The notes under the pieces: generated by a model
What the model was told of the DNA's origin: nothing
Databases searched by the model: none
Seen by the model: only the letters and a program-made list of their open reading frames with translations
Shown here: positions 27,415 to 37,338 of the stretch, one piece after another
Layout of the letters: each line of letters begins with the position of its first letter
Numbering within the stretch: position 1 is the stretch's first letter
NCBI GenBank assembly: GCA_041577335.1
Contig: JBFGJH010000002.1
Coordinates: 80,389-127,146, forward strand
Length of the DNA stretch: 46,758 nucleotides
Source: Acidimicrobiia bacterium
GTDB lineage: Bacteria > Actinomycetota > Acidimicrobiia > Spongiisociales > JAENVV01
Direction of reading: 5' to 3'
Position numbers and translations under genes: made by a program

Positions 27415-28323
27415 CTAGTCACCACCGTCGGAAACGAGCCGTAGATAGACATCTTCCAGGGAAGGACTCACGACCCTCATATCAGGTGGCGCCGCGCCGT
27501 GGGTGACCAGCTCGTTCCCAATGAACGGGACGCTTGCCGGGTGGGCGATGACTTCGACAGCAATGCCCCTTCGCTCGACCGATGTCACCCCGGGTATGAC
27601 GTCGAGGAAGCCGAGCTCGCCGACCTCCGCGGTGAATCGAACTGACACCTGGTTGTGACCGGAGGCGATGAGTTCGGCGGGCGTCCCCGTTGCGACGATC
27701 CGGCCTCGATTCACTACGGCGATCCGATCACAGAGCCGTTCTGCCTCGTCCATGAAATGGGTGACGAGCACAACGGTCGTCCCAGATTCGCGGATTCGTT
27801 CGATGAGCCCCCAGGTCGCTCGACGCGCGGCTGGGTCGAGGCCGGTGGTCATCTCGTCCAAGAAAACGACCTGCGGTTCATTGACCAAAGCGAGTGCTAC
27901 GAGCAACCGCTGCCGCTGGCCGCCGGAGAGACTGGCGAACGAGGAGTCTGCTTTGTCCGTGAGTCCCCATTCGTCCAGCGCCTGGCGCCAGGGTGGTCCG
28001 TTGGGCATGAGAGCTGCGAAGAGATCGAGCGCCTCCCAGACCTTCATCCGATCGGGTAGCGACGATTCCTGAAGTTGCGATCCAATCAGAGGCCGGAGGT
28101 GGTCGGCGTCGGTGCGCGGGTCCAGGTCGAGCACCGCCACCTGGCCGCCATCTCGTGTCCTCAATCCCTGCACGCATTCGACGCTCGTGGTTTTTCCGGC
28201 TCCGTTGGGCCCCAACAGGCCGAAGATCTCGCCCCGAGTCACCTCGAATGAGACATCCGCGACTGCGGTGAGGTCGCCGTACCGCTTGCTGAGATGAGCG
28301 ACGGAGATGACGGTCGAGCTCAC
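27415..28323 (-). CDS. ABC-2 type exporter ATP-binding protein
   Basis: GPNGAGKT, LSGGQRQR, FLDEMTTGLDP and SLEDVY. GTG 28323 overlaps the upstream stop. Confidence 0.92.
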   Translation of the reverse strand: MSSTVISVAHLSKRYGDLTAVADVSFEVTRGEIFGLLGPNGAGKTTSVECVQGLRTRDGGQVAVLDLDPRTDADHLRPLIGSQLQESSLPDRMKVWEALDLFAALMPNGPPWRQALDEWGLTDKADSSFASLSGGQRQRLLVALALVNEPQVVFLDEMTTGLDPAARRATWGLIERIRESGTTVVLVTHFMDEAERLCDRIAVVNRGRIVATGTPAELIASGHNQVSVRFTAEVGELGFLDVIPGVTSVERRGIAVEVIAHPASVPFIGNELVTHGAAPPDMRVVSPSLEDVYLRLVSDGGD

Positions 28324-28997
28324 GTCCGCTGAGCCGATACGAGAGCGGTTTCCGACGGCGCCAGGTCCTCTGAGACGGTCGGCTCGCCTCGCCACCATCG
28401 AATCGCCTCTAGGCCGTACCAGACCATGCCGGTTGCAAACATGGTCCGCTGCATGGCGCCGGCATATTCAACGAAGTTGAACATCATCATCGAGATTCCC
28501 ATGGAGGCGATGACGGCGAACCAATCGAATGCCCTCCAGCCCGCTCGGCCGGCAGGGCGCCCTATCGAGACCAGAAGGACGCCAACGATGAAGGCTAACC
28601 CAACGGCAGAGGCGGCCACCGAGTGTAGGAAATCCTCAAAACGGTCATAGGGCTCATCCTCCCATGGCATATGGGCGTACGCGGCGGCAGCGATGATCGC
28701 AACGCCGTAGGTTCGGTGGGCGACTCTTCCCCATACGTTCCAGTTCGACCCGGTGGCGTTGGCGGTCAACAAGACGGCAAACCCCAGCAACAGGAAGCCC
28801 GTCCGCGCCAGCCAGGCATTCTGAACCCCCTGGCCGGCAGACTCGCTGATGGCGTTCTCGACGGCTGAATACGAGTCGGGCATCAGCCATGGGGCGATGG
28901 TGAAGGAGACGAACGCTCCCACGAGAAGGCCGAGGATGACCCCGGTGTAGGCGCGGCGGGTGAGAACAAATGTGTCGGGCGCTGCGGGCGTCTGCAT
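28320..28997 (-). CDS. DUF998-like membrane protein
   Basis: YSAVENAISE, LHSVAA and GAMQR. RBS GGAAGG. Confidence 0.75.
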   Translation of the reverse strand: MQTPAAPDTFVLTRRAYTGVILGLLVGAFVSFTIAPWLMPDSYSAVENAISESAGQGVQNAWLARTGFLLLGFAVLLTANATGSNWNVWGRVAHRTYGVAIIAAAAYAHMPWEDEPYDRFEDFLHSVAASAVGLAFIVGVLLVSIGRPAGRAGWRAFDWFAVIASMGISMMMFNFVEYAGAMQRTMFATGMVWYGLEAIRWWRGEPTVSEDLAPSETALVSAQRT

Positions 28998-29083
28998 GAG
29001 TTTGCCTTCCCTCGAGACTCCACCGAGAAGGTGTCATGGATTCTCGATGCCGGTCGCGCGGATGAGTAGAGCCGGAAGTCCTT

Positions 29084-29731
29084 TCAGGGCCTTCCCGCCG
29101 TATGTTCGGTTTCGTACCGGGTGGCAGCCGAACGATGCAGCAGGACGGCCGCCAGCCAGAACAGCGCCTGATTCAGCGTGTTGGTGCCTTGCTCGAGCCA
29201 CTGAAACTCAATCGCGTCTCCAAGTGTTGGCGCCATGCCGCCCAGCACGATGGTCAACGCCAGAGCGACCACAAAGAGCCACGAGGCCAGCCGCAAGTCG
29301 AGGCGCCGTGCCCGCCGGATGAGGAGAACGCTCAATGTCACTGAGCCCACCGTTGCGAGCCCGATGAATGCGCCGCGGCCTGTGGCTCCGTACGCGGCGA
29401 ATCCGATCACCCACACGACCGGGGCGGCCAACAGGGAGGCCAGGACGGGCCGGCGAGGCTGGGCGGCAGACCACACCGAAGCTGCGACGACGGCGAATCC
29501 GGCTGCCAGCAAGGGGAACAGAGCCGCGTCGAGGAGGGTCACGTCGGTGTTGGTGGTGGCCAGAAGAAGCTTGTGGGTGGCCTTGCTCAACCCACCCAAT
29601 GCCACCAGCGCCGTACCGGCGATCGCCCATCCGCCGAGCCGGGTGTCCGTCGACCCCACCCACCGCGATATGAGCCACAAGCCCGCTGCAGACAGGAGCA
29701 CTGGCACGAAGTCTTCGATGGCCAGGAGCAC
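29084..29731 (-). CDS. Hypothetical multi-pass membrane protein
   Basis: About 7 hydrophobic segments with polar motifs EDFVPV, GGLSKA and QWLEQ. Confidence 0.7.
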   Translation of the reverse strand: MLLAIEDFVPVLLSAAGLWLISRWVGSTDTRLGGWAIAGTALVALGGLSKATHKLLLATTNTDVTLLDAALFPLLAAGFAVVAASVWSAAQPRRPVLASLLAAPVVWVIGFAAYGATGRGAFIGLATVGSVTLSVLLIRRARRLDLRLASWLFVVALALTIVLGGMAPTLGDAIEFQWLEQGTNTLNQALFWLAAVLLHRSAATRYETEHTAGRP

Positions 29732-29749
29732 GTCAGCCGGCCCGGTTCT

Positions 29750-30202
29750 TCATGAGCCGTCGAGAATCGGAGCGGGGACCCCGGAAGCGACCCATTCGCC
29801 CGTCGCTCCGCAGTGATTCGTCGTCGCCGGGCCGCCGCCGCCCGAAAGCTGGAACGGTACGCCTGTTCGCGCTACCGCCTGCCCTTTGTCGTTGAACACG
29901 GTGACGCTGTCACCGCGCGAGAGGGCCAGGTAGCCATCGGGCCAGATGATCACGACCCTGCCTCCGGTGCCGGGCTCTCCGTTGTTGGCTTCTTCGAGGT
30001 GGAACAGACAGTTGCCGTCGGGGTCGTAGTGCAAGAGGAACGTCGACAGGGCATCCGCCGCGGACTCGTTCTGGTTGGTGAGGAGGTCGACTCGAGCCCC
30101 GGGAATCGCCACCACGGTCGCCGCTGATGGCTCCGGTGCCGACGAACAACTCGCAACGATCATGCCGAGGATGAGAAGGGGAGTGCCGGCGCGGACGGTC
30201 AT
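29750..30202 (-). CDS. Hypothetical lipoprotein
   Basis: MTVRAGTPLLILGMIVASC lipobox, then GNCL...IIWPDGY...SGG. The longer ORF-track frame is antisense to ppk2. Confidence 0.7.
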   Translation of the reverse strand: MTVRAGTPLLILGMIVASCSSAPEPSAATVVAIPGARVDLLTNQNESAADALSTFLLHYDPDGNCLFHLEEANNGEPGTGGRVVIIWPDGYLALSRGDSVTVFNDKGQAVARTGVPFQLSGGGGPATTNHCGATGEWVASGVPAPILDGS

Positions 30203-30262
30203 GTGCTTCCAATTCTCTCTTCGGATGGCCAAATGTACCCGCGAGCGATAGGCTCGGGACAT

Positions 30263-31084
30263 ATGGCCAAACTGACCAAAACAGCATATGAACAGGAAAT
30301 GCGCCGCCTTCACGTTGAACTCGTGAAGATGCAGCAATGGATCAGTTCCACCGGGTACAAACTCGTCGTGCTCTTCGAGGGCCGGGATGCGGCCGGGAAG
30401 GGCGGCGTCATCAAGCGGATTCTCGAGCCGCTCAACCCGAGAGTCTGCCGGGTCGTCGCACTGGGGACGCCGAGTGATAGAGAAAAGACCCAGTGGTATT
30501 TCCAGCGCTACGTGCCCCACCTGCCGGCGGCCGGAGAGATGGTCCTCTTCGATCGGTCCTGGTACAACCGGGCGGGCGTGGAACGGGTCATGGGATTCTG
30601 CAACGACGACCAATACTGGGAGTTCCTGCGGACGGTGCCCCACTTCGAGGAGATGATCCAGCATTCGGGGATCCACCTCGTCAAATACTGGTTCTCGGTG
30701 AGCGATGAGGAGCAGGAGCGCCGCTTCCAGGCTCGGCTCAAGGATCCCACCAAACAGTGGAAGCTCTCTCCGATGGACCTCCAGTCGCGCGAACGGTGGG
30801 AGGACTACTCCCGCGCCAAGGACGTGATGTTTCTGCACACGGACCTCGACTCGTCTCCGTGGTGGGTGGTCGACGCCGACTCGAAGCGCAAAGCCCGCAT
30901 CAACAGCATCAGCCACCTGCTCAGCTTGGTTCCATACGAGGAAACCGACAAGTCGCCGGTGACGCTGGCCCCCCGGTCAGAAGCCCGAAGCACCCATGAG
31001 CGTCCCCCGATCGATTCGCAGCGGTGGGTTCCTGAGGTGCTGGCCTTTGGCGAAACGGTGGACCGCTCTCAGCGCGCCGAATGA
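30263..31084 (+). CDS. ppk2: Polyphosphate kinase 2 (class I)
   Basis: FEGRDAAGKGG, QWYFQRY, FDRSWYNRAGVERVMGF and WKLSPMD. TAGGCT-N8-ATG start. Confidence 0.96.
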   Translation: MAKLTKTAYEQEMRRLHVELVKMQQWISSTGYKLVVLFEGRDAAGKGGVIKRILEPLNPRVCRVVALGTPSDREKTQWYFQRYVPHLPAAGEMVLFDRSWYNRAGVERVMGFCNDDQYWEFLRTVPHFEEMIQHSGIHLVKYWFSVSDEEQERRFQARLKDPTKQWKLSPMDLQSRERWEDYSRAKDVMFLHTDLDSSPWWVVDADSKRKARINSISHLLSLVPYEETDKSPVTLAPRSEARSTHERPPIDSQRWVPEVLAFGETVDRSQRAE

Positions 31085-31085
31085 T

Positions 31086-31997
31086 TCACAGGGCGAGCAG
31101 CGCCACGTAGAAGCAAAGGTAGAGGCCGATCAGGACCGAGCCCGACTTCCAATCCAGCGTCCGGCGCAACACCAGCAAAACGACGACCAATGCTATGACA
31201 GCCGCAGCGAGCAGCGAGCCGGGCACAACCTGGTCGGCGGTGACCGCCACAGGAGCGATGAGTGGACCTGCGCCGACCGAGAGCGTTGTATCGAGCATGG
31301 TCGATCCCAAGACGTCGCCAATGGCGAGGTCTCGGAGACCCGTTCGGAGCGCCGTCAGTGCGACAGCCAATTCCGGGAGCGAGGTCCCGAGCGAGGCAAT
31401 GAAGAACGCGATGAGGTATTCGGGCGCGCCCAGGACCGCGGCGAGTTGGGTGACTGCCCACACTGCCGTTGCTGCGCCCCCTCCGACAAAGCCGAGGGCA
31501 AGCATCGTCATGAGGGCGCGGCGGAGCTTGTCCTGCGCCTCCACTTGCATCGTGGGCTGAGACCCTTCCGGTAGTTGGCGCATCGCGATGGCACTGCTTG
31601 CGATCCAGGCCAGAATGAGAATCACCGCATCGGATCGGCTGAGCATGCCGTCGGCCATGAGCCAGGCGCCGAGGAGGAGCGCGCCGACGGTGGCAATACC
31701 GATTGGTGCCACCCTGCGAGCCCCCACTACGAACGCCCCACCCAGGATCGAGAGTAGCCCCAGCACGAGTGTTGACTGAGTGGCCGCGGATCCGATCGAA
31801 TCGCCCACGTTGATGTCGCCGTGTCCGCTGATGGACGCCACAATCGAGTTGGCAATCTCGGGAAGGTCGGTGCCGATCGACACCAGGGTGATGCCGATGA
31901 TGAACGGCGGAATCCTCGTCCCGGCTACCAGCGAACGCGCCTCGACGACCGCGCGGCCACTTGCGAACACCGTGATGGCGAATCCGATCGCCATCAC
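31086..31997 (-). CDS. Sodium:calcium (CaCA/YrbG-type) antiporter; start uncertain
   Basis: Alpha repeats SIGTDLPE and SLGTSLPE, plus GDSIGS and GDVLGS. Confidence 0.9.
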   Translation of the reverse strand: MMAIGFAITVFASGRAVVEARSLVAGTRIPPFIIGITLVSIGTDLPEIANSIVASISGHGDINVGDSIGSAATQSTLVLGLLSILGGAFVVGARRVAPIGIATVGALLLGAWLMADGMLSRSDAVILILAWIASSAIAMRQLPEGSQPTMQVEAQDKLRRALMTMLALGFVGGGAATAVWAVTQLAAVLGAPEYLIAFFIASLGTSLPELAVALTALRTGLRDLAIGDVLGSTMLDTTLSVGAGPLIAPVAVTADQVVPGSLLAAAVIALVVVLLVLRRTLDWKSGSVLIGLYLCFYVALLAL

Positions 31998-32166
31998 GAC
32001 GAGCCACAGGAGGATTGCCAGACCATCCTGACCGGAGAAGGCGTTATTGCTGATACCCGATTATCGGATGGCCTTCGCGGTCGGGCTAGAGCAGGAGGTC
32101 CCCGCCACGAGGGGATTTCGGTCTGCCCGCCGCAGTCGGCCATGGCGACCATGGCACAATGGGAGG

Positions 32167-32724
32167 ATGGCCGACGAATCTCCCTGGTCCAACATAAGAG
32201 CCACCATCTATTCGTTCCTGTATCGCAATCCGCGATCAAACCGACGAATTGCGGGCTTCGTGCCCATGACGCACACCGATCGCATCCTCGACATCGGGTG
32301 CGGCCCTGGCTCGGCGGTCAGAGCAGCAGCACCGCTCGTGGCTAAGGCGACCGGCGTGGATGCGGCGCCGAAGATGATTGAGATTGCTCGCGAGCGATCC
32401 ACCGCGTTCACGAACGTCGAATTCGAGATCGCCCAGGCGGAGTCCCTCCCGTTCGAGGACGCGGCGTTCACGATCGTATGGACGATTCAATCGTGGCATC
32501 ACTGGAACGACAGTGGCGCCGGACTGCGCGAGGCGGCGCGAGTCCTGGCACCAGGCGGCCACTTCTACATCGTCGAGAAGCGCACCCGGGGATCCCACGG
32601 GCTGACCAACGAGCGCGCCGCGGACCTCGCAGCAGAAATGGAGGCGGCCGGGTTTGCCGGCTCGGTGGTCACATCGGTCCGAAAGGACCTGATCGTTGCC
32701 GGAGGGTTGCCGGCCGACAGCTAG
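32167..32724 (+). CDS. Class I SAM-dependent methyltransferase
   Basis: ILDIGCGPG, AESLPF and RVLAPGG. Confidence 0.9.
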   Translation: MADESPWSNIRATIYSFLYRNPRSNRRIAGFVPMTHTDRILDIGCGPGSAVRAAAPLVAKATGVDAAPKMIEIARERSTAFTNVEFEIAQAESLPFEDAAFTIVWTIQSWHHWNDSGAGLREAARVLAPGGHFYIVEKRTRGSHGLTNERAADLAAEMEAAGFAGSVVTSVRKDLIVAGGLPADS

Positions 32725-32755
32725 AAGCTAGCGCCGGCCGGCCCCTCGGACGTTT

Positions 32756-33010
32756 CTAGCGGGAGCGTTCCCTGGCGATATTCACGTTGAGCTGACGCCC
32801 ACCGATATCTGCGCCATTCATGGCTTCGATTGCGGCGGTCGCCTCTTCAGCTGTGCTCATTTCCACAAAGCCGAAGCCTCGAGATCTTCCTGTTTCGCGA
32901 TCTGAGATCACGATGGCATCGTCGACCGTACCGTGCTCTGAGAACAGGCGGCGGAGGTCATCTGACCCCGTTGTGAACGGCAGGTTGCCGACGTACAGCT
33001 TTCTGGACAT
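32756..33010 (-). CDS. RRM (RNP-1) RNA-binding protein
   Basis: RNP2 KLYVGNL and RNP1 RGFGFVEM. Confidence 0.95.
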   Translation of the reverse strand: MSRKLYVGNLPFTTGSDDLRRLFSEHGTVDDAIVISDRETGRSRGFGFVEMSTAEEATAAIEAMNGADIGGRQLNVNIARERSR

Positions 33011-33100
33011 GGATCTTCTTTCCATCGGCCGGCCTCAGAGGCCGGGAATCAACGCAATCAAAGGTAGCAGCTCAAAGTGAATTGGCCGAGTCGGTATCGG

Positions 33101-34306
33101 TCATCGGGATAGCTCGGATAGGCGGGATTCCAAGAAACGGCGGTCCGATTCGTTGGGCCCGCACTCGAGAGCTCGCCGATACGCCGCCTTGGCTGCGGGG
33201 AGATCGCTCGTTCTTCGCAGCAGCTCAGCTCGCACCGACCAATAGCGGTGCCAGCTTTCGAGGCCGGTCACGCTGTCGAGGACATCCAGGCCGGCTCGGG
33301 GTCCGCCGGCTTCGGCCTCGGCAACTGCCCGATTGACTCGTACGACCGGGGAGGGCTGGACGATCTCGAGCATGCGATAGAGGCTGGCGATCTGCTCCCA
33401 GTCGGTTTCCTCGAACGAATCGGCGCTGCCATGTAGACACGCGATGGCAGCCTGGATCTGATACGGGCCCACGGCGCGTCTCTGCAGGATGCGTTCGACG
33501 ACGCCGGATGCTTCGTCGATGGCTTGGCGATCCCACCGGGACCGGTCCTGATCGGCCATGAGCACGATGTTTCCCATCTCGTCACGCCGAGACCGTGACC
33601 GGGCATGGGTTGCCACCATGAGGGCGAGTAGCCCCCATGCCTCGGGCTCGTCAGGCATCAGGTCGGTGAGAAGGCGGCCGAGCCGGATTGCCTCGACGGC
33701 CAGCTCCACCGAGGAGTCCATTTCTCCGGCCGGCGCGTGATGGCCGGTGGTGAACACCAGGTAGATGACGGCGAGCACGCCGGCCAAGCGCTCGGGGAGA
33801 TCGTGATCAGCCGGCACTCGGTAGGGGATTCTCGACGTGGCGATCTTCTTCTTGGCGCGGCTGATGCGCTGGCCCATCGTCGGTTCAGTCACCAGAAAGG
33901 CAGCAGCGATCTCACCGGTCGACAGCCCTGAGATGGTCCGTAGGGCGAGGGCCACACGCGCCTCTTGGTTCAGCGCGGGATGACAACACGTGAAGAGCAG
34001 ACGGAGGACATCGTCGCCCATCTCCTCGGGTGTTGGCTCGTCTGACAGCATGTGCATGGCTGCCTCCTCCTTGGGCCCTCTGGCAGTCTCTCGTCGTATC
34101 CGGTCCAGTGCTTTGTTGCGGGCCGTTGTGGTGAGCCACGCCGCCGGGTTGTCGGGAACTCCGTCGACGCGCCATTTCTCGATGGCAACCACGGCTGCGT
34201 CCTGGAGGGCGTCTTCAGCTCGATCGATGTTGCCCAGCATGCGAACGAGGGTGGCCAATACGCGGCCACCCTCGACTCTGATGGTCTCTTCGAGAGGGCT
34301 ACGCAC
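33101..34306 (-). CDS. ECF sigma factor with C-terminal TPR-like extension (ECF42 type)
   Basis: AEDALQDA, AWLTTTARNKALD, LRLLFTCCHPAL, QDRSRWD and GPYQIQAAIA. GTG 34306 overlaps the YciI gene end. Confidence 0.9.
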   Translation of the reverse strand: MRSPLEETIRVEGGRVLATLVRMLGNIDRAEDALQDAAVVAIEKWRVDGVPDNPAAWLTTTARNKALDRIRRETARGPKEEAAMHMLSDEPTPEEMGDDVLRLLFTCCHPALNQEARVALALRTISGLSTGEIAAAFLVTEPTMGQRISRAKKKIATSRIPYRVPADHDLPERLAGVLAVIYLVFTTGHHAPAGEMDSSVELAVEAIRLGRLLTDLMPDEPEAWGLLALMVATHARSRSRRDEMGNIVLMADQDRSRWDRQAIDEASGVVERILQRRAVGPYQIQAAIACLHGSADSFEETDWEQIASLYRMLEIVQPSPVVRVNRAVAEAEAGGPRAGLDVLDSVTGLESWHRYWSVRAELLRRTSDLPAAKAAYRRALECGPNESDRRFLESRLSELSR

Positions 34307-34673
34307 CCTCGTCGAAATCGATGACCGGACGGACCTCGACCTTGCCATGCCACGCACCGGGTATTTGTGCCGCCCAGGCCACGGCAGCATCGAGATCGGG
34401 ACAGTCGAGCAGGTAGAAACCTCCCAATACTTCCTTGGATTCGGCGTAAGGTCCGTCAGTCGTGACGATGTCGCCGCCCTTGGCGCCGCCCCGCACATGG
34501 ACCGTCGTTGCGGTATGGGAGTCATGGAGTGCCTCGCCGCCCGCAATGACTCCTGCGGCACCGGCCGCCTCGCCGAATTCGTTGTACTCGGCTATGACGT
34601 CGGCCCAATCATCGACTGTGCCCATGCCTTCGGCTTCAGCCGGCCCATAGATCAATGCTGCATATCTCGGCAT
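34299..34673 (-). CDS. YciI/DGPF-family protein
   Basis: ATTVHV...DGPYAESKEVLGGFY...VEVRP. RBS AAGGAG. Confidence 0.92.
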   Translation of the reverse strand: MPRYAALIYGPAEAEGMGTVDDWADVIAEYNEFGEAAGAAGVIAGGEALHDSHTATTVHVRGGAKGGDIVTTDGPYAESKEVLGGFYLLDCPDLDAAVAWAAQIPGAWHGKVEVRPVIDFDEGA

Positions 34674-34707
34674 TGCTGCTCCTTCTGCTCGGTTCTGTCG
34701 ACATAAC

Positions 34708-34734
34708 GACGATCGAGGCGCACCGATTTCGACA
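34708..34734 (-). promoter_or_regulatory. ECF42-type promoter TGTCGA-N17-CGTC
   Basis: On the minus strand, TGTCGA is at 34734-34729 and CGTC at 34711-34708, 35 bp upstream of the DGPF start. Confidence 0.75.
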
Positions 34735-34788
34735 GATAGGGAATGGTGCGAGCCTACCGATCGTTTCGCCAAGCCGATGTGCCCGCGG

Positions 34789-35601
34789 TCAGGTGCTGGC
34801 GCCGAGGTCCTTGACTTGCTGACTGCCGAGGGCGAGGACCGGCTCGCCATGGCCGAAGAGGATGGTCTCGTAGTCGAAGCCGCCCAGCTTGCGAACCGAC
34901 TCGTCAGCCAATGGAAGATCGTCGGTGAATTGGGGGGCAGGCCCGACAACACCGCCGTTTCCGCCGCGGAGTGCATCACCTGCCAGCAACAACAATCCGG
35001 CCGGGTCGAGAACGGAGATGTGGCCGGGTGTATGGCCCGGTGTCTCGATGATCGTCAGATTGAATACCTGGTCACCGTCGCCGACCGGCTCGATCGGTCG
35101 CGGGGCATTGATGGCGGGGATATCTGCTGCGCCTGCATAGGCGGTTGCGGCCGGGGCGAGATCGAGCACCGCGGCGAGGCTGCCGACATGATCGCCATGG
35201 GAATGGGTCGCAATGACGTGGCCTACATCGCTCCAGCTCAGGCTGCTCGCCGACATCACGGCCTCGATGTCGCCGGCGCTTCCTGGGTTGCCCGTGTCGA
35301 CCAGGGCAATCTCGCCGCCCCGAATGAGAACGTACGCCGAGACCGACTGCAGATCGACCCGCTGCCAATCCACAGGGACGAGGCCCGCCAGCTTGGTGGT
35401 GGTCGGCGACTCGAGCGAGGTGGTTGGGCTGACCACGGTCCCGGTGGTGGTGGGCGAATCGGTCCCCGTGGCGGCGACTCCGGTGATCGGGGCGGTCGAA
35501 GGCTCGGCGCAGGCGGCGATGCCAAGTACGGCAACCGCCAAACTTCCCTTGGTCAATCGGGTGAGGAACACCCGGCGATCGGCATCATGCATGGCGGTCA
35601 C
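34789..35601 (-). CDS. Metallo-beta-lactamase-fold hydrolase, Tat-exported lipoprotein
   Basis: DRRVFL twin-arginine motif, IAAC lipobox, THSHGDH, TPGHTPGH and GHG. Confidence 0.88.
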   Translation of the reverse strand: MTAMHDADRRVFLTRLTKGSLAVAVLGIAACAEPSTAPITGVAATGTDSPTTTGTVVSPTTSLESPTTTKLAGLVPVDWQRVDLQSVSAYVLIRGGEIALVDTGNPGSAGDIEAVMSASSLSWSDVGHVIATHSHGDHVGSLAAVLDLAPAATAYAGAADIPAINAPRPIEPVGDGDQVFNLTIIETPGHTPGHISVLDPAGLLLLAGDALRGGNGGVVGPAPQFTDDLPLADESVRKLGGFDYETILFGHGEPVLALGSQQVKDLGAST

Positions 35602-35660
35602 GTTACCCCGTAGCGATGGTTACACGGCAGGTGCATTCCTGACGGGTGCATAATCGGGCT

Positions 35661-36227
35661 GTGAAGCCGCCGGCGACCATACGCACAGAACGGACGATTC
35701 TTCGTCGATGGCGTGAGTCCGACTTGGCAGCTTTTGCGGCCAACAACGCCGATCCCCGAGTCATGAACCATCTTCCCGGCGTCTTGAGTCGGGCGGAATC
35801 CGATGCGATGGCCGCCCGGATCGAAGCCGATTTCGATTCGAACGGGTTTGGGCTCTGGGCTGTGGAAGTCCCTGGCCTCAGCCCGTTTGTGGGATTTGTT
35901 GGCCTCGCTATCCCCCATTTCGACGCTCCGTTCATGCCTGCCGTGGAGGTGGGATGGCGATTGGGATGCGCTGCGTGGGGTAGGGGCCTGGCGAGCGAAG
36001 CGGCCCAAGCATCGCTTCGCGACGCTTTTGTTCGAGTTGGGTTGGAAGGTGTCGTATCGATGACGGTGCCGGCCAACCGGAGGTCGCAGCGCTTGATGAT
36101 CCGCCTGGGGATGCGCTACGACCCGTCCGATGATTTCGACCATCCGCACATGCCAGACGGCAGCCGTTATCGCAGGCATGTGCTTTACCGGATGTCGGCG
36201 TCCGACTTTGCGACGGCGCACGGGTAA
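35661..36227 (+). CDS. GNAT acetyltransferase (RimJ/RimL type)
   Basis: TERTILRRW, EVGWRL...WGRGLASEAA and NRRSQRLMIRLG. CATAAT-N6-GTG start. Confidence 0.9.
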   Translation: MKPPATIRTERTILRRWRESDLAAFAANNADPRVMNHLPGVLSRAESDAMAARIEADFDSNGFGLWAVEVPGLSPFVGFVGLAIPHFDAPFMPAVEVGWRLGCAAWGRGLASEAAQASLRDAFVRVGLEGVVSMTVPANRRSQRLMIRLGMRYDPSDDFDHPHMPDGSRYRRHVLYRMSASDFATAHG

Positions 36228-36236
36228 CGTGGCGGG

Positions 36237-36986
36237 ATGTCCCGTGTTCGAATCATCACTCTGGCTGTCCTCGCAATGTTGGTTCTCTCCGCGTGCCAGG
36301 TCCGTGTGCGCCAGTCCACCCTGGTTCGCGACGACGGATCTGGAGCGGTTGGAGTGGTCGTGGCCGCCGACGAGGAGTTCCGCCAGGCCATTGCGAGCTT
36401 CGGCGGGGAACAAGCAGACAACCCCTTCGAGGCAGCCGCCCAAGATCTCGGAGAGGACTTCGAGTGGACCGAGTACGACGAAGAGGGCTTCCTCGGCGTT
36501 CAGGTGTCGCGTGAGTTCACCACGATCGACGAATACGACGAGATTGCCGAAGAACTGGGCGGTCTGGCCGGGGTTGAGTTTGCTTTCCCAGAACTGGCCA
36601 GTGAGGACGGTCGCTACCGATTCTCCGCCGAGTTTCCCGAGTTCGACGAAGAAGCGCTGGCGGGAATCGGATCGGGAACCGGCTTCGACATCTCGGCGCT
36701 CCCGCTGGACGACATATTCGACATCAGGATCACGGTGAAACTTCCCGGCGAGCTGATCTCCAATAACGGTGACGAAGTCACCGACAACGGACAGGTCGCC
36801 TGGAACCTCGGGATCGATAGCGGGCCGCTCACACTGGAGGCCGAGTCGGAGGTTGCCGGATTCCCGTGGCTCATTGCGGCAGCCGGGGTGGCGGTGCTTG
36901 CGGTCGTCGCGTTTCTCATCGTGCGGCTCATCAATCGTCGCGAGCCTCCCGATGCCGAGCAGTCGGTGGTCGTCGTATCCGAATGA
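36237..36986 (+). CDS. LppM-like lipoprotein with C-terminal TM anchor
   Basis: LSAC lipobox, VRDDGSG, VKLPGELISNNG and a C-terminal TM helix. Confidence 0.75.
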   Translation: MSRVRIITLAVLAMLVLSACQVRVRQSTLVRDDGSGAVGVVVAADEEFRQAIASFGGEQADNPFEAAAQDLGEDFEWTEYDEEGFLGVQVSREFTTIDEYDEIAEELGGLAGVEFAFPELASEDGRYRFSAEFPEFDEEALAGIGSGTGFDISALPLDDIFDIRITVKLPGELISNNGDEVTDNGQVAWNLGIDSGPLTLEAESEVAGFPWLIAAAGVAVLAVVAFLIVRLINRREPPDAEQSVVVVSE

Positions 36987-37104
36987 GGCCTTGGCTGTCG
37001 AATCCCGCTATCTTGGGCCTTGGGTGCAGGACCGGTACAGATCGCATTTGAGCGACGCCGCCTACCAAGAAGTTCTCCACCCTGGAGACAGAGAGTGAGC
37101 CCAA

Positions 37105-37332
37105 GTGGGAAAACAGGAAGATGTAATTCGCGTTCAGGGCGTGGTCGTGGAGACCTTGCCGAACGCAACCTTCAAGGTTGAGGTCGACGGTAACGGCCTT
37201 GAAGTGCTCGCCAGAGCGGCGGGCAAGATGCGGCGCGGCCGCTACATCCGCATCCTCCCCGGCGACCGGGTCGACCTCGAATTGTCCGTCTACGACCCGT
37301 CGCGGGGTCGGATCGTCTGGCGGTACAAGTAG
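37105..37332 (+). CDS. infA: Translation initiation factor IF-1
   Basis: [18 protein letters not shown]...IRILPGDRV and [13 protein letters not shown]. Confidence 0.95.
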   Translation: MGKQEDVIRVQGVVVETLPNATFKVEVDGNGLEVLARAAGKMRRGRYIRILPGDRVDLELSVYDPSRGRIVWRYK

Positions 37333-37338
37333 TCCGTT

